From an archaeon (lineage in GTDB: Archaea > Nanobdellota > Nanobdellia > Woesearchaeales > SM23-78), in contig JAZDMG010000007.1 of the NCBI GenBank assembly GCA_043801165.1, positions 70,155-134,154 on the forward strand: 64,000 bases of DNA. The letters are read 5' to 3'. A model generated the notes under the pieces. That model saw only the letters and a list, made by a program, of their open reading frames with translations, was not told the DNA's origin and ran no database searches. The translations under genes and the position numbers were made by a program. This document shows, piece by piece, positions 46,001 to 54,377 of this stretch (position 1 is the stretch's first letter; each line of letters starts with the position of its first letter).

Positions 46001-49000
46001 TCAGCTGCACATATACAGGGGCTCAGCTAGACATAGCAACATATTCTTTATATTTTGCATGCAATGACACCTATGGCCACGCAGACAACGTCTCGACAAA
46101 CCTAAGGGTGGACATCGATGTGCTTTGTGACTCCCATTCAGACTGCCTGAGCAACGAATACTGCGATTACACCCAAAACTGCCACTCAGACGAACTGCCA
46201 GGATATCCATGCAACACACAAGCTCACACAGGACTTGCATGGAATGACGTATGTGGTAATGGAGCCGACAGGTACTGCGTCAACGACTCAACATACAGCT
46301 ACACAGGATGGTACTGCACAGGATCAGCAACAGACTGCGTATACAACGACCAAGGAAAAAGCTATGCGCTGACCTATAATCTTTGCATAGGCGGCACCAA
46401 CGACTATAAGACCTGTGATGCAGGAAACCAATGGGATGCGACGGTGGATTGCGCAGACCAATATGACCCATTCAACCAAAGCGCAACAACGCACAGCGGA
46501 GAATATTGCGCGTATTACCCTGACCAGCAGTCCTGCAGCAACGGGACTGCCGGAGGATGCTCAGGGATCTGGACTGGATGCGATTATCACATCTACAATC
46601 AGGCTATACAGACCTGTGGCAGCTCGATGGAGGACTGCGACCTTGGCTGTGGGGCAGGATGCGACAGCACGAACAGCACCGAGCCGACAATCATCTCAGG
46701 CACCTGCTATTATGATAGGAGCTGCAATGGCATATGCGCATGGAGCCAGAGCCAGGAAGAAGCTCCGCTATCCTGCATAAATGATGATGATGGAGGAGCA
46801 TGTGTATACAGCAATAGGACAGACCCAAGCATCCAAGGCATATGCTATTGGAACACGACATGCGAAAATACATTAGGAGCAACGCAAAACAACAACAGCA
46901 TACTCCGAGCAGACTACTGCGACTTCTGCATCTTATCTGGAAACAACAGCGGAGAATACTCGCCAGCTCCGAATACGAGCTGCAGCTCCGGTTGCGAAAA
47001 CAGCGGAACAATATACTATGATACAGGATCAACACCACTTAACCGATCAGATGACTGCAGCAATGGAATGACTATCATACTGAGCGACACACTTGCAACA
47101 GGAGACATATGGAACGGAAGCGCACCAGCAGTATGCGACGACACAGAATGCACAGATGACTGCGGAACATTATTCGGCGCATGCAACATCACCACGGGAA
47201 ACTGCGAATGCACAGACATGGACAACCCGATCCTGATTATTATATGGCCGGAGGATGGGATGTGGACCAACAATGCGAGCGTGAGATTCAGGTATAACAT
47301 CACAGATATAAGCTCAGGGATAAAGAACTGCTCGCTGATAGTGGATGGTGATATCGACCAGACCAATTCGACAATCGACGAGAGCCTCAATGAGCAGGAG
47401 TTCATGCAATCATTCGCCAACGGGACTATACTGTGGAGCATCAGCTGTTTCGACGATAGCACACAATATAATAATAACCGGTCAGACAACGGCATCCTGG
47501 GCATCGATACTGTGGCGCCGCCAGTATTATTCCCTAGCATCAACGGAAGCGATTTCAACATCAACCAGAAGATATGCCTTAACATAACAGCGAACGATAC
47601 CTACGCAGGGATAAAAGATATCATCGCGGAGATAAAACCTCCGGGCCAGCCAGCAGAAAATATAAGCTTGTATGACGATGCGATGACAAGCTGTGATGGA
47701 GTGAACGGTGACGGAGTGTTCTCTGCGTCTTACACATTGATATTCGCAGGTGTATATGATTGGATCACAGCCTATGCCATAGACTATGCTGACAACCAGA
47801 ACATCACAGACCCGGGATTTGACTGGAATGTCAGCGCTGGCGGCATACTGAACCTCACGATGCCGCTGCCATCGGGTGACATCAAGATAAATGAATCAGA
47901 ATCCAATAATTATTTCCTGCAGGAATGCAACGTCACCTGCTCAGACCAGGGAAATGCCTGTGACGATGTCATCCTTAGTGCAGAGTTCAATGATGGCTCA
48001 TCCTTCCTAGCCATCAACACTTCATCGACAGGATTGGTAAACGACCAGGATGATTATGCCTGCGGCAATCTTGCCATCGGCCAGAGCTGCGCCGCAACAT
48101 TCAACATAACCTCGGGAGCTGATTCTGGGAACAACACCTGGCCTGTGAGATGCAGGGCAGATGGCAGCACCAGCGCAACTACGTTCTCAGGAGCTAGAAA
48201 CATCACCATAAACAATCATCCTGACGTCAACATCAGCCATCCCCAGAACAGTGACTGGCTCAGTGGGGCGATGAATATCAACTCAAGCCTCAGCTTCGAC
48301 AGCGACGGCACAATCTCAAATTACCTGTTTGAATACGATGACAAAGCAGACTTCGACAGCCCCAGCACCATATGCGACGACGCAAGCAGCAGCTGCACAT
48401 GGAACACGACCACACAGGACCAGTGCCAGAACAACAGCATGGACTGCTATCTCAGGGTGACTGTGACAGACAATGATGGACTGAGCAACAGCACATACAT
48501 AACCATCGGGTTTGATACTGAGGGTCCTGTGACTAGCATAACCAATCCTGGGAACTTCGCTGCGACCGCATCTGATTTGATGACGCTTGAGGCGACTGCA
48601 ACAGATGACCAGATCGGAATAGTCAACCAGCTATCCTTTGAATACCGCCGGAACAACACAGACTCATGGAAGCCTGCCTGCAATGATACCACTGAGCCAT
48701 TCTCATGCAATTGGAACCTGGTCGCATTGGTTGACGACAGCACATATGAAGTGAGGGCCTTCGCGGAAGACTATTTCAACAACACAGGAAACATAGATGC
48801 CATCACCAACATTACCATAGACCGCTCGTCCCCGTTGACAAGCCTGGAGAGCCCCCAGCAGGGATTTGCGACCACAGAGCACAACATCACTTTCTATTAC
48901 AATGTATCTGACGCATTATCAGGCATACTGAACTGCGAGCTCATAATCGATGGGAATGTGGACCAGACCAACTCAAGCGTGCAAGAGGGCATCAGCCAGA

Positions 49001-52000
49001 GCTTCGCAGCCACATTGGTAGAAGGCAGCCATCTCTGGAGTGTAAACTGCACAGACCTGCTAGACAACAGGAACGCCTCTGAAGCAAGGAACATCACCAT
49101 CGATAACTCAGGGCCGACTGTGGTGCTCGATAGGCCTCCTGAGAATGAGAACATCTCTGACTCAGCAAGCTATGTCGTGAACGCCACGGTCACAGACGAG
49201 GGAGCCGGAAACATAAGCATGGTGACCTTTGAATACAGGAAAGGCTCTTCAGGGAACTGGACCTTTGCCTGCAATGATGATAGGCCTCCCCTATTCGACT
49301 GCTCCTGGAACCTTGTGGGGCTAGAGGATGGGGACGACTACGAAGTTATGGTTTGGGCGAACGATACGCTTGGGAACAACGGCACCAATGATACGCACAC
49401 AGGGATAAAGATCGACAATAATCCCCCTAACATCACCGTAATAAGCCCGGGCAACAACACCGTTGACGGAGACGGCGACCTCACTTTCAGCTATATCGTC
49501 AATGACTCAGGATCCGTGGTCTGGAACTGCAGTCTGATATGGAACAACACCATCAACCAGACCAATTCATCCATAATCGAGAACCAGGAGATGTCGTTCA
49601 GCCTGCTCAATATCTCCGACGGCAGGTACAACTGGAGCATCAACTGCACAGACCAGTTCAACCACAAAAGCACAATCGGGAGGATGAACCTCAGCGTCAA
49701 CAGGCAGAACAGGATCTTCATCAATGTCAGCACCGACAAGACGCTCTACCATAAAGGGAACCAGGCTGTCGAGAATGCGACAATCAACACCACCTCGAGA
49801 GATATATTCAACGGTTCTGTCAATGATGTGAACATAACGAATGACCTCATCAAGGTATACAACAGATCAGAGCCAGCAGGACCCTGGTGGAACACCAGCT
49901 GGGCGCAGAGGAAGCCGATCTTCATAAGCAGCAACTCTGCAGTAAACCAGACCAACATCACAGTAACAATCAATGTCACAGGCCTGAATGGCAACATAAC
50001 AAACTGCACCAAGGAGATCAGAGTCGCCAATGCCTACGGGGCGCTCAGCGAAGTCAATGTGATATCTGGAGATAATTCAGATTCCTGCTATATCGGGTTC
50101 AAGGCCAATGTGAGCGCCAATGCAGTAAACCAAAGCAATTATTATGTCTACTACAACAATTCAAACGCCGTCAATCCAGGGTATAATAATTTCGTGAATT
50201 TCAGCTATACGCTCTTCTTTGAGAATTTTGATGGAGCAGGATGGACCCAGATAGCCACGGTCTCCCCATCGACGACCTGTGCCGGAGGCTACGGATCCTT
50301 CACCAGCTGCCTCGCATACGCAACCGATAATGATTTCGCAGCCACCAGCAGTGGAACAGAGATAAGCGGGCTCTACAAGTTCGTGATGGACCAAAGCTAC
50401 CCTTGGGTTGCCAATAGGGGAGTATGGTTCAACACCAGCCCCACGACAGCCTGCGGAGGGAACAGCTGCGATGACATAAGGGTCACAGGATATGCAGCCA
50501 CCGGCTCCGTCGATACCGCCTCTGAATTCTGCAGGGTATGGGCAAGGAACACGACGACAACAGCATATGCGACCATATACGAATGTGTCGGGCCAACCCC
50601 CATATGTGAGTTCGCCAGGACAGATATCGCCCCCGCTGTAGCAGCTAACTATACCTTCTTCAATAAGACGCTTAAATCAGATCTCGGCCTCGGAATAGGG
50701 AATTATATAGCTGTGCACATAGGAGGCAATGGTACAGCTGCTGACGACAACTGTTTCTATGAAGACATCAGGGTGACAGGGATCAGGTACCAGGCTCTCA
50801 ACATCACTGCCGCGAGGATAGGTGACCCGCAGGAATGGATTGTGAGAAACACCAACAGGACAGATTCCAACGGCCTCTGGAGCTTCATCCTCGACATTGC
50901 AGGCATAGGCATTGGAAACTACTCTGCCGCATCATTGGGCCAGAAGACAGGATACGGCGATGCATATAACTTCACATATTTCGAAGTGACCCTTGACAAC
51001 ATAGGCCCGAACATAACTCTCACGAGCCCTGACAATGACACGAAGACAAAGGAGCAGATGGTGCCATTCAACTACATGGTCAACGACAGCCTGAGCGGGA
51101 TAAGCAACTGCTCATTGATCATCGACGGCAAGATAAACGACACAGACTCGTCGGTACAGGAGAGCATACCTAAGTACTTCGGACCGAAAAACATCTCAGA
51201 AGGATGGCATAACTGGAGCGTCAACTGCACCGATGACTACAACAACACAGGAGCTTCAGAGAGGAGGACTATCCTGGTTGACATCACTCCTCCGAACATC
51301 ACCATGGGCAGGCCTACCAACGGAACATGGGTAATAGCCCCTTACCAAGGATTCACCTATCTGGTCAATGCCAGCGCGCAGGATAATTATGGGATGGGCT
51401 TTGTGCAATTCATGTATCGCGTGAACAGCAGCGATTCGTGGAAGGATATCTGCAACGACACAGGAGCGCCTTACCAGTGCATCTGGAATCTCAGCGGGCT
51501 CAACAATGGAGCATACTACGAGGTGCTCGCCTACGCCAATGATAGCGTCGGGAACATAGGCATCAACAGCACCCACTTCAACATAACAGTCCGCACAAAA
51601 GTGATAAACGTGACATATCTGATTGCTGATGACAGCACCGCGATTCCCATCGATCAGATCGACCTGATAGCAGGATCTGTCAGATCAGCCTTCTGCAATC
51701 TCACCATAATATCAGGGGATGACTACACCAGCATAGAAAGCGTCAATGCAACTCTTTATTCTGCGACAACAACACTGGGCGCTGTAGATTCCAATAGGAC
51801 CCATTACACCAATTCAAGCTGCTCATTGGTCAGTGGAGGAGGAGATAGTGCAGATTATTTCTGCTCTTTTGACCTGTTTTACTACGCAATAAATGGTTCT
51901 TGGAGCTGCACAGCGTTCGCGAGAGATAACTATACCGCAAGCAACAGGAGCGACCAGACAACGGTCAACCAGCTATTCGCAATAAACATGACTAGCGATA

Positions 52001-52383
52001 TCATCAACTACAGCAGCCTGCAGCCAAACCAGGTATCGTCAGAAGTCACCATCGACATGGTCAATATAGGGAACATGCCGATGAACATAAGCGTCTTCGG
52101 ATTCGGCGGAGAGAATTACAGCATAGGAAAGAATCTCTCTATGATCTGCAGCATCAACAACATCAGCATAAGCTCTGAGAGATATTCTACATCAAGCATT
52201 AGCTATGACTCAAAGAGCAACCTGAGCTCGACGCCAAGGGATATCGGATTGACAATCCTTCCGACAAACGATACTCTCGGCCCTAATGTCAATACCACCT
52301 ACTGGCAGTTCATGGTGCCTGTGAGTTCGCATAGCCTTGGCCTATGCAACGGCAGCGTCGTCTTCATGGCTCAGTCTCCATGA
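43006..52383 (+). CDS. Giant secreted/surface glycoprotein 2 (3125 aa), paralog of 14727..24224
   Basis: Single 9.4-kb ORF with an N-terminal signal peptide (FMIILALIMLQLVSVAIGA). Same module order as giant 1 through the Ig-like array, with long tracts of nucleotide identity. It differs in the post-DUF2341 module and ends in a family-B domain (...LCNGSVVFMAQSP). No C-terminal TM or sorting tag. Confidence 0.9.
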   Translation: MRNCLLINRFMIILALIMLQLVSVAIGAVSSHDPITLDKQSYLIEDTAVLSININPSQYDIYELSITDSSGKYTFRGTFNPEMFFYPTEEGIYTAALVERSTGAIYYSKSFNVSIDESKARRRVIENGIARGADSVINATNLSSPESKNQSHGQNQALPILPAISQDQAYISLEKDRFFLEEKIRVILKSDVVSRQDSYHLFYSSNGETKRYMGDLSFIEFTPSGIGTHELLLTDSDDKLLYSKSFSVTATEDDEDFTNPDTNRILIRAHGGARQESKIIIHDEFGREINLSSIPNKKLSASSGLTNRFRAEVMPNHGLKSIIFNGLALGNSSDFDLGFEEIPPENIRVKDRRAIKSFAIDASKLNFISGAAVGRAVGTELWKCKNWSFESQQCDGTWVKVMDLVPGREYQIAITPDDPGYTETGVAAVNSLKPIYHPGEVAVLWMVVLDTKGHLVTGADISLNVTTPLNNTMMLTTASGEINEIMKGVYGANFSDTYSEGNYTLLMSAKSSMVDSSLYSNFEVKEEYDFDIIRNAPITTDPFTGPFESSLTIRPEDVNSEIENYNFTEILPLDFDIVSAPNALISHDETKRFLFWSNLSGESVVSYIAQPPKITPNLFMLGRSFIDYVSDGIIRRFIEARFWFLAIDPLQNLFFDDFESWGCRTTGVPAAGNNCSYSANWGEFTNCYTLPAARFCTTDDGQEGNHATYAIQMTNWRMDASAGLWFSLDPSIYDDINVNGYIYAGSLDNNAEYCMIWARDSNSIAAIYNCTNGAACDGTTQTPNISNYVKYDVNLSGLSGIDLSESNISVHIGGAHSNTADYCFFDRINITAIAYPPDVTNLTYPANGTTVNLTTFDLNFTVNASRDLVLPNCTLWTDLNGSWAANITIYNVSRNNITNISVNPIIDGAYNWSIICYTRTGLYDWYDNNFTFLVNARPPIKNVSSVDGDVSAPWNTTNRNPVINLSLNKNGNCRFSFSSESYEDMSDDYDCSGDGTASISCTYTGAQLDIATYSLYFACNDTYGHADNVSTNLRVDIDVLCDSHSDCLSNEYCDYTQNCHSDELPGYPCNTQAHTGLAWNDVCGNGADRYCVNDSTYSYTGWYCTGSATDCVYNDQGKSYALTYNLCIGGTNDYKTCDAGNQWDATVDCADQYDPFNQSATTHSGEYCAYYPDQQSCSNGTAGGCSGIWTGCDYHIYNQAIQTCGSSMEDCDLGCGAGCDSTNSTEPTIISGTCYYDRSCNGICAWSQSQEEAPLSCINDDDGGACVYSNRTDPSIQGICYWNTTCENTLGATQNNNSILRADYCDFCILSGNNSGEYSPAPNTSCSSGCENSGTIYYDTGSTPLNRSDDCSNGMTIILSDTLATGDIWNGSAPAVCDDTECTDDCGTLFGACNITTGNCECTDMDNPILIIIWPEDGMWTNNASVRFRYNITDISSGIKNCSLIVDGDIDQTNSTIDESLNEQEFMQSFANGTILWSISCFDDSTQYNNNRSDNGILGIDTVAPPVLFPSINGSDFNINQKICLNITANDTYAGIKDIIAEIKPPGQPAENISLYDDAMTSCDGVNGDGVFSASYTLIFAGVYDWITAYAIDYADNQNITDPGFDWNVSAGGILNLTMPLPSGDIKINESESNNYFLQECNVTCSDQGNACDDVILSAEFNDGSSFLAINTSSTGLVNDQDDYACGNLAIGQSCAATFNITSGADSGNNTWPVRCRADGSTSATTFSGARNITINNHPDVNISHPQNSDWLSGAMNINSSLSFDSDGTISNYLFEYDDKADFDSPSTICDDASSSCTWNTTTQDQCQNNSMDCYLRVTVTDNDGLSNSTYITIGFDTEGPVTSITNPGNFAATASDLMTLEATATDDQIGIVNQLSFEYRRNNTDSWKPACNDTTEPFSCNWNLVALVDDSTYEVRAFAEDYFNNTGNIDAITNITIDRSSPLTSLESPQQGFATTEHNITFYYNVSDALSGILNCELIIDGNVDQTNSSVQEGISQSFAATLVEGSHLWSVNCTDLLDNRNASEARNITIDNSGPTVVLDRPPENENISDSASYVVNATVTDEGAGNISMVTFEYRKGSSGNWTFACNDDRPPLFDCSWNLVGLEDGDDYEVMVWANDTLGNNGTNDTHTGIKIDNNPPNITVISPGNNTVDGDGDLTFSYIVNDSGSVVWNCSLIWNNTINQTNSSIIENQEMSFSLLNISDGRYNWSINCTDQFNHKSTIGRMNLSVNRQNRIFINVSTDKTLYHKGNQAVENATINTTSRDIFNGSVNDVNITNDLIKVYNRSEPAGPWWNTSWAQRKPIFISSNSAVNQTNITVTINVTGLNGNITNCTKEIRVANAYGALSEVNVISGDNSDSCYIGFKANVSANAVNQSNYYVYYNNSNAVNPGYNNFVNFSYTLFFENFDGAGWTQIATVSPSTTCAGGYGSFTSCLAYATDNDFAATSSGTEISGLYKFVMDQSYPWVANRGVWFNTSPTTACGGNSCDDIRVTGYAATGSVDTASEFCRVWARNTTTTAYATIYECVGPTPICEFARTDIAPAVAANYTFFNKTLKSDLGLGIGNYIAVHIGGNGTAADDNCFYEDIRVTGIRYQALNITAARIGDPQEWIVRNTNRTDSNGLWSFILDIAGIGIGNYSAASLGQKTGYGDAYNFTYFEVTLDNIGPNITLTSPDNDTKTKEQMVPFNYMVNDSLSGISNCSLIIDGKINDTDSSVQESIPKYFGPKNISEGWHNWSVNCTDDYNNTGASERRTILVDITPPNITMGRPTNGTWVIAPYQGFTYLVNASAQDNYGMGFVQFMYRVNSSDSWKDICNDTGAPYQCIWNLSGLNNGAYYEVLAYANDSVGNIGINSTHFNITVRTKVINVTYLIADDSTAIPIDQIDLIAGSVRSAFCNLTIISGDDYTSIESVNATLYSATTTLGAVDSNRTHYTNSSCSLVSGGGDSADYFCSFDLFYYAINGSWSCTAFARDNYTASNRSDQTTVNQLFAINMTSDIINYSSLQPNQVSSEVTIDMVNIGNMPMNISVFGFGGENYSIGKNLSMICSINNISISSERYSTSSISYDSKSNLSSTPRDIGLTILPTNDTLGPNVNTTYWQFMVPVSSHSLGLCNGSVVFMAQSP
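44931..45512 (+). other. Giant 2: conserved jelly-roll-like module (counterpart of 16826-17410)
   Basis: Runs from FLAIDPLQNLFFDDFESWG to ADYCFFDRINITAIAYPP. Includes 75-nt (44931-45005) and 85-nt (45415-45499) tracts identical to giant 1 by my reading. Confidence 0.5.
46126..47211 (+). other. Giant 2: Cys-rich module
   Basis: Runs from CDSHSDCLSNEYCDYTQNCHSDE to CGTLFGACNITTGNCEC. Collinear with giant 1 18024-19103 and highly similar at nucleotide level in places (e.g. 46296-46370 vs 18196-18270). Confidence 0.8.
47231..49700 (+). repeat. Giant 2: tandem array of alternating Ig-like modules (approximate bounds)
   Basis: Same two module types as giant 1, e.g. FEYRRNNTDSWKPACND..EPFSCNWNLVALVDDSTYEVRAFAEDYFNNTG and FEYRKGSSGNWTFACNDDRPPLFDCSWNLVGLEDGDDYEVMVWANDTLGNNG. 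Confidence 0.7.
49885..50165 (+). other. Giant 2: DUF2341-like segment
   Basis: Opens WWNTSWAQRKPIFISSNS and ends NYYVYYNNSNA. Same caveat as for giant 1. Confidence 0.45.
50212..50793 (+). other. Giant 2: second jelly-roll-like module, absent from giant 1
   Basis: LFFENFDGAGW ... CRVWARNTT ... AVHIGGNGTAADDNCFYEDIRVTGIRYQ parallels the first module (FFDDFESWG ... CAIWARDSN ... SVHIGGAHSNTADYCFFDRINITG). Confidence 0.55.
51580..52380 (+). other. Giant 2: C-terminal family-B domain (267 aa)
   Basis: Collinear with B1/B2 over the whole domain: NRTHYTNSSCS / DNNTHYTTGNCS; FYYAINGSWSC / WYYANNGSWRV; VNIGNMPMNISVFGFGGEN / VTNFGNLPINVTVYGFGGDN; SSERYS / SNERYS; NTTYWQF / NSTYWRL; LGLCNGSVVFMAQSP / FGICNGTVVFSATGA. 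Confidence 0.85.
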
Positions 52384-52418
52384 GATTCATCATATAATTG
52401 CTAAATAAGCTTTTGCCT

Positions 52419-54299
52419 CTAGCTTTTCTTGAAGAAATCCTCTATGAGCCTCTCGAACAGGAGTGTTATCTTTATGTCCCAGCTCGGCGGGAAGCACCTG
52501 AAATAGTTCTTCCAGGCGTATCTCTCGTCGATGAATATTATAACTCCTTTATCTGTCTCGCTCCTTATGCATCTTCCTGCGCTCTGGAGCGCCTTGTTGA
52601 ATGCAGGCAGGAGGTAGCCGTAGTCCCAGCCCTTCTTGAACTTGTCGTCGTAATATTTTATGAGTGCTTCGGTCTCTAGGTCAGGTCTCTGGAGCGGCAA
52701 CCCCACGATAAGGACTCCTTTCAGGTAATCTCCTGGTAGGTCTATCCCCTCTCCGAAGTTTCCCCCTATCACTCCCATCAGCACAGCGCCGACATTCTTA
52801 TAGCCTTTGAAGGACTCAAGGAAGTCTGTCTTCTCTTTCTTGGTCATCTTCTGCGTCTCCACGAATATGGTCTTGTTTGATAGCTTTGAGAAATGATTGT
52901 TCACCTCGTCCCGCAGGTAATAGCTTGGAAAGAATACTGCGCTGTTTCCCGGGATCTTGTTGGTCGCCTTGGCGACGATTTCAGCTATCTCCTTGTATTG
53001 CGCCTCGTTCCTAGTCTCATACTTGGTGCTTGTCTTGGGCACTATCAGGTTGAGCTTGTTCTTCTCAGGGAATGGGCTCTTATAGCTGACTTCCTCTGCA
53101 GAATCGAATCCCAGCACCTCCTTGTACATGCTTGTCGGGCTCAGAGTGCCTGACATCAAGACGGTGGAGTATGCCAGCCTTATTACTTCCCTTGTCATGA
53201 GAGAGGGATCAAGGCAGCGATAGTGGACGCTTATGATTTTTTCCCCTTTAAGGCTGATTCCCTTCGACAGTATCCTTGTGAATCCATTATCATCAAGAGT
53301 CCATGCTGCCAGGAATGACGCTATCGTCCCGAGGTATGACTGCTTCTGCTCCTCTCTCACCAGGTCTGCTAGCAAGCTCATCTCTGAGATCGCCTCATCA
53401 AAGTCATAGCTTTCCCTCATCTCCTTGATGAGATCATCCTTCTCTATGTAGCGCTCCTCATCAGGCATCTCTGCCAGCCTGTTTATGCTCTGTTCCAGCA
53501 CCTGGAGCATCCCGACTATCTCTGGCTTCTTGTATTTCCTTGCTTCATCCATAGCCCTCTTGAGTATGAATGTGTTCATCCTGTGGCTGGCGAGGTCTTT
53601 TATGCGCTCAGGCAGATTGTGGCCTTCGTCGATGATCACTATGATCTTGCTCAGCTCCTTGCCAGTCCTCTTGAGGAAGTTCTCCCTTATGCTGGGATGG
53701 AATATGTAATAATAATCGCCGATGATAACTCTCGCGTCCTTGGCTATCAGCAACGCTACTTCGTACGGGCATAGCTTACTCTCTTCGCTGGCCTTGATTA
53801 TGCTCTCGGTGTCTGTCTTGCCTTCGCTCTTCAGGTGCTTTGCCAGCTCAAGTGCTTTCTTTGATGGCTCTCCCTTCTCTCTCATGTGGGTATAGAACTC
53901 ACAGAGGTCATCCTCTTTCATGTTCTGGCAGTAGTCAGCAAAATCCCTCGGGAAAAGCTTTATGATTCCTGGCTGTAGGCAAAGCCATTTCTTGCCGATT
54001 ATATCGACGGCAGAGAAGTTCAGCTTGTACTTCTGCTTTATCATCCGCACAGTCTCCATGGCCAGCTTGTGCTGGGTGTGGCGCGATGTCAGGAAGAATA
54101 CAGTCAGGTCTTTCTTCAGGGCTTCCCTGATGCTTGGAGCCATGGCTGCGGCTGTCTTGCCAAGGCCTGTCGGAGCATGGGCTAACAGGTTCTGCTGGTT
54201 GGTTACAGCATGGTTTATCCTTCTTATGAGCTCCTCCTGCGTAGGCCTGACATCGTCATGCGGGAAAAGCATCTCCTTGAACTCGTCTGGAAGCGTCAT
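52419..54299 (-). CDS. xpd: XPD/Rad3-family 5-prime-to-3-prime DNA helicase with Fe-S cluster domain
   Basis: Motif I AHAPTGLGKT; motif II IIDEGHNLP. Four Cys after motif Ia (WLCLQ, DYCQN, DLCEF, KLCPYE), as in the XPD 4Fe-4S domain. C-terminal helicase motifs (SGTLSP, GEGIDLPG, QSAGRCIRS). Confidence 0.9.
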   Translation of the reverse strand: MTLPDEFKEMLFPHDDVRPTQEELIRRINHAVTNQQNLLAHAPTGLGKTAAAMAPSIREALKKDLTVFFLTSRHTQHKLAMETVRMIKQKYKLNFSAVDIIGKKWLCLQPGIIKLFPRDFADYCQNMKEDDLCEFYTHMREKGEPSKKALELAKHLKSEGKTDTESIIKASEESKLCPYEVALLIAKDARVIIGDYYYIFHPSIRENFLKRTGKELSKIIVIIDEGHNLPERIKDLASHRMNTFILKRAMDEARKYKKPEIVGMLQVLEQSINRLAEMPDEERYIEKDDLIKEMRESYDFDEAISEMSLLADLVREEQKQSYLGTIASFLAAWTLDDNGFTRILSKGISLKGEKIISVHYRCLDPSLMTREVIRLAYSTVLMSGTLSPTSMYKEVLGFDSAEEVSYKSPFPEKNKLNLIVPKTSTKYETRNEAQYKEIAEIVAKATNKIPGNSAVFFPSYYLRDEVNNHFSKLSNKTIFVETQKMTKKEKTDFLESFKGYKNVGAVLMGVIGGNFGEGIDLPGDYLKGVLIVGLPLQRPDLETEALIKYYDDKFKKGWDYGYLLPAFNKALQSAGRCIRSETDKGVIIFIDERYAWKNYFRCFPPSWDIKITLLFERLIEDFFKKS

Positions 54300-54377
54300 C
54301 TCAAGAGGAGCGAATGCGCATCGTTATATAAACGTTTAGAAACTGCCCTCAGCTCTCGACGGCAGCCCAGGCAGCTC

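Noticed and set aside
44985-51576. Equivalent off-frame and antisense ORFs inside giant 2 (e.g. 44985..45581, 45056..45508, 47016..47585, 51256..51576).
   Set aside because: Same reasoning. 44985..45581 mirrors 16880..17314 only because the underlying DNA is near-identical, not because the frame is conserved by selection.
14727-52383. Diversity-generating retroelement acting on the giants. I considered this because of the near-identical DNA tracts in two surface-protein genes and because DGRs are known in DPANN archaea.
   Set aside because: No reverse-transcriptase ORF is present in the window. Mismatches between the two copies in the conserved tracts are not restricted to adenine positions (I saw t/c, c/g and g/a changes). 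The repeats are in-frame paralogous coding sequence, not a TR/VR pair.
14487-52418. Mobile genetic element or integrated island.
   Set aside because: I found no integrase, transposase, tRNA attachment site or flanking direct repeats. Promoter motifs and SD usage match the flanking housekeeping genes. I cannot compute GC or codon statistics here, so horizontal origin is not excluded.
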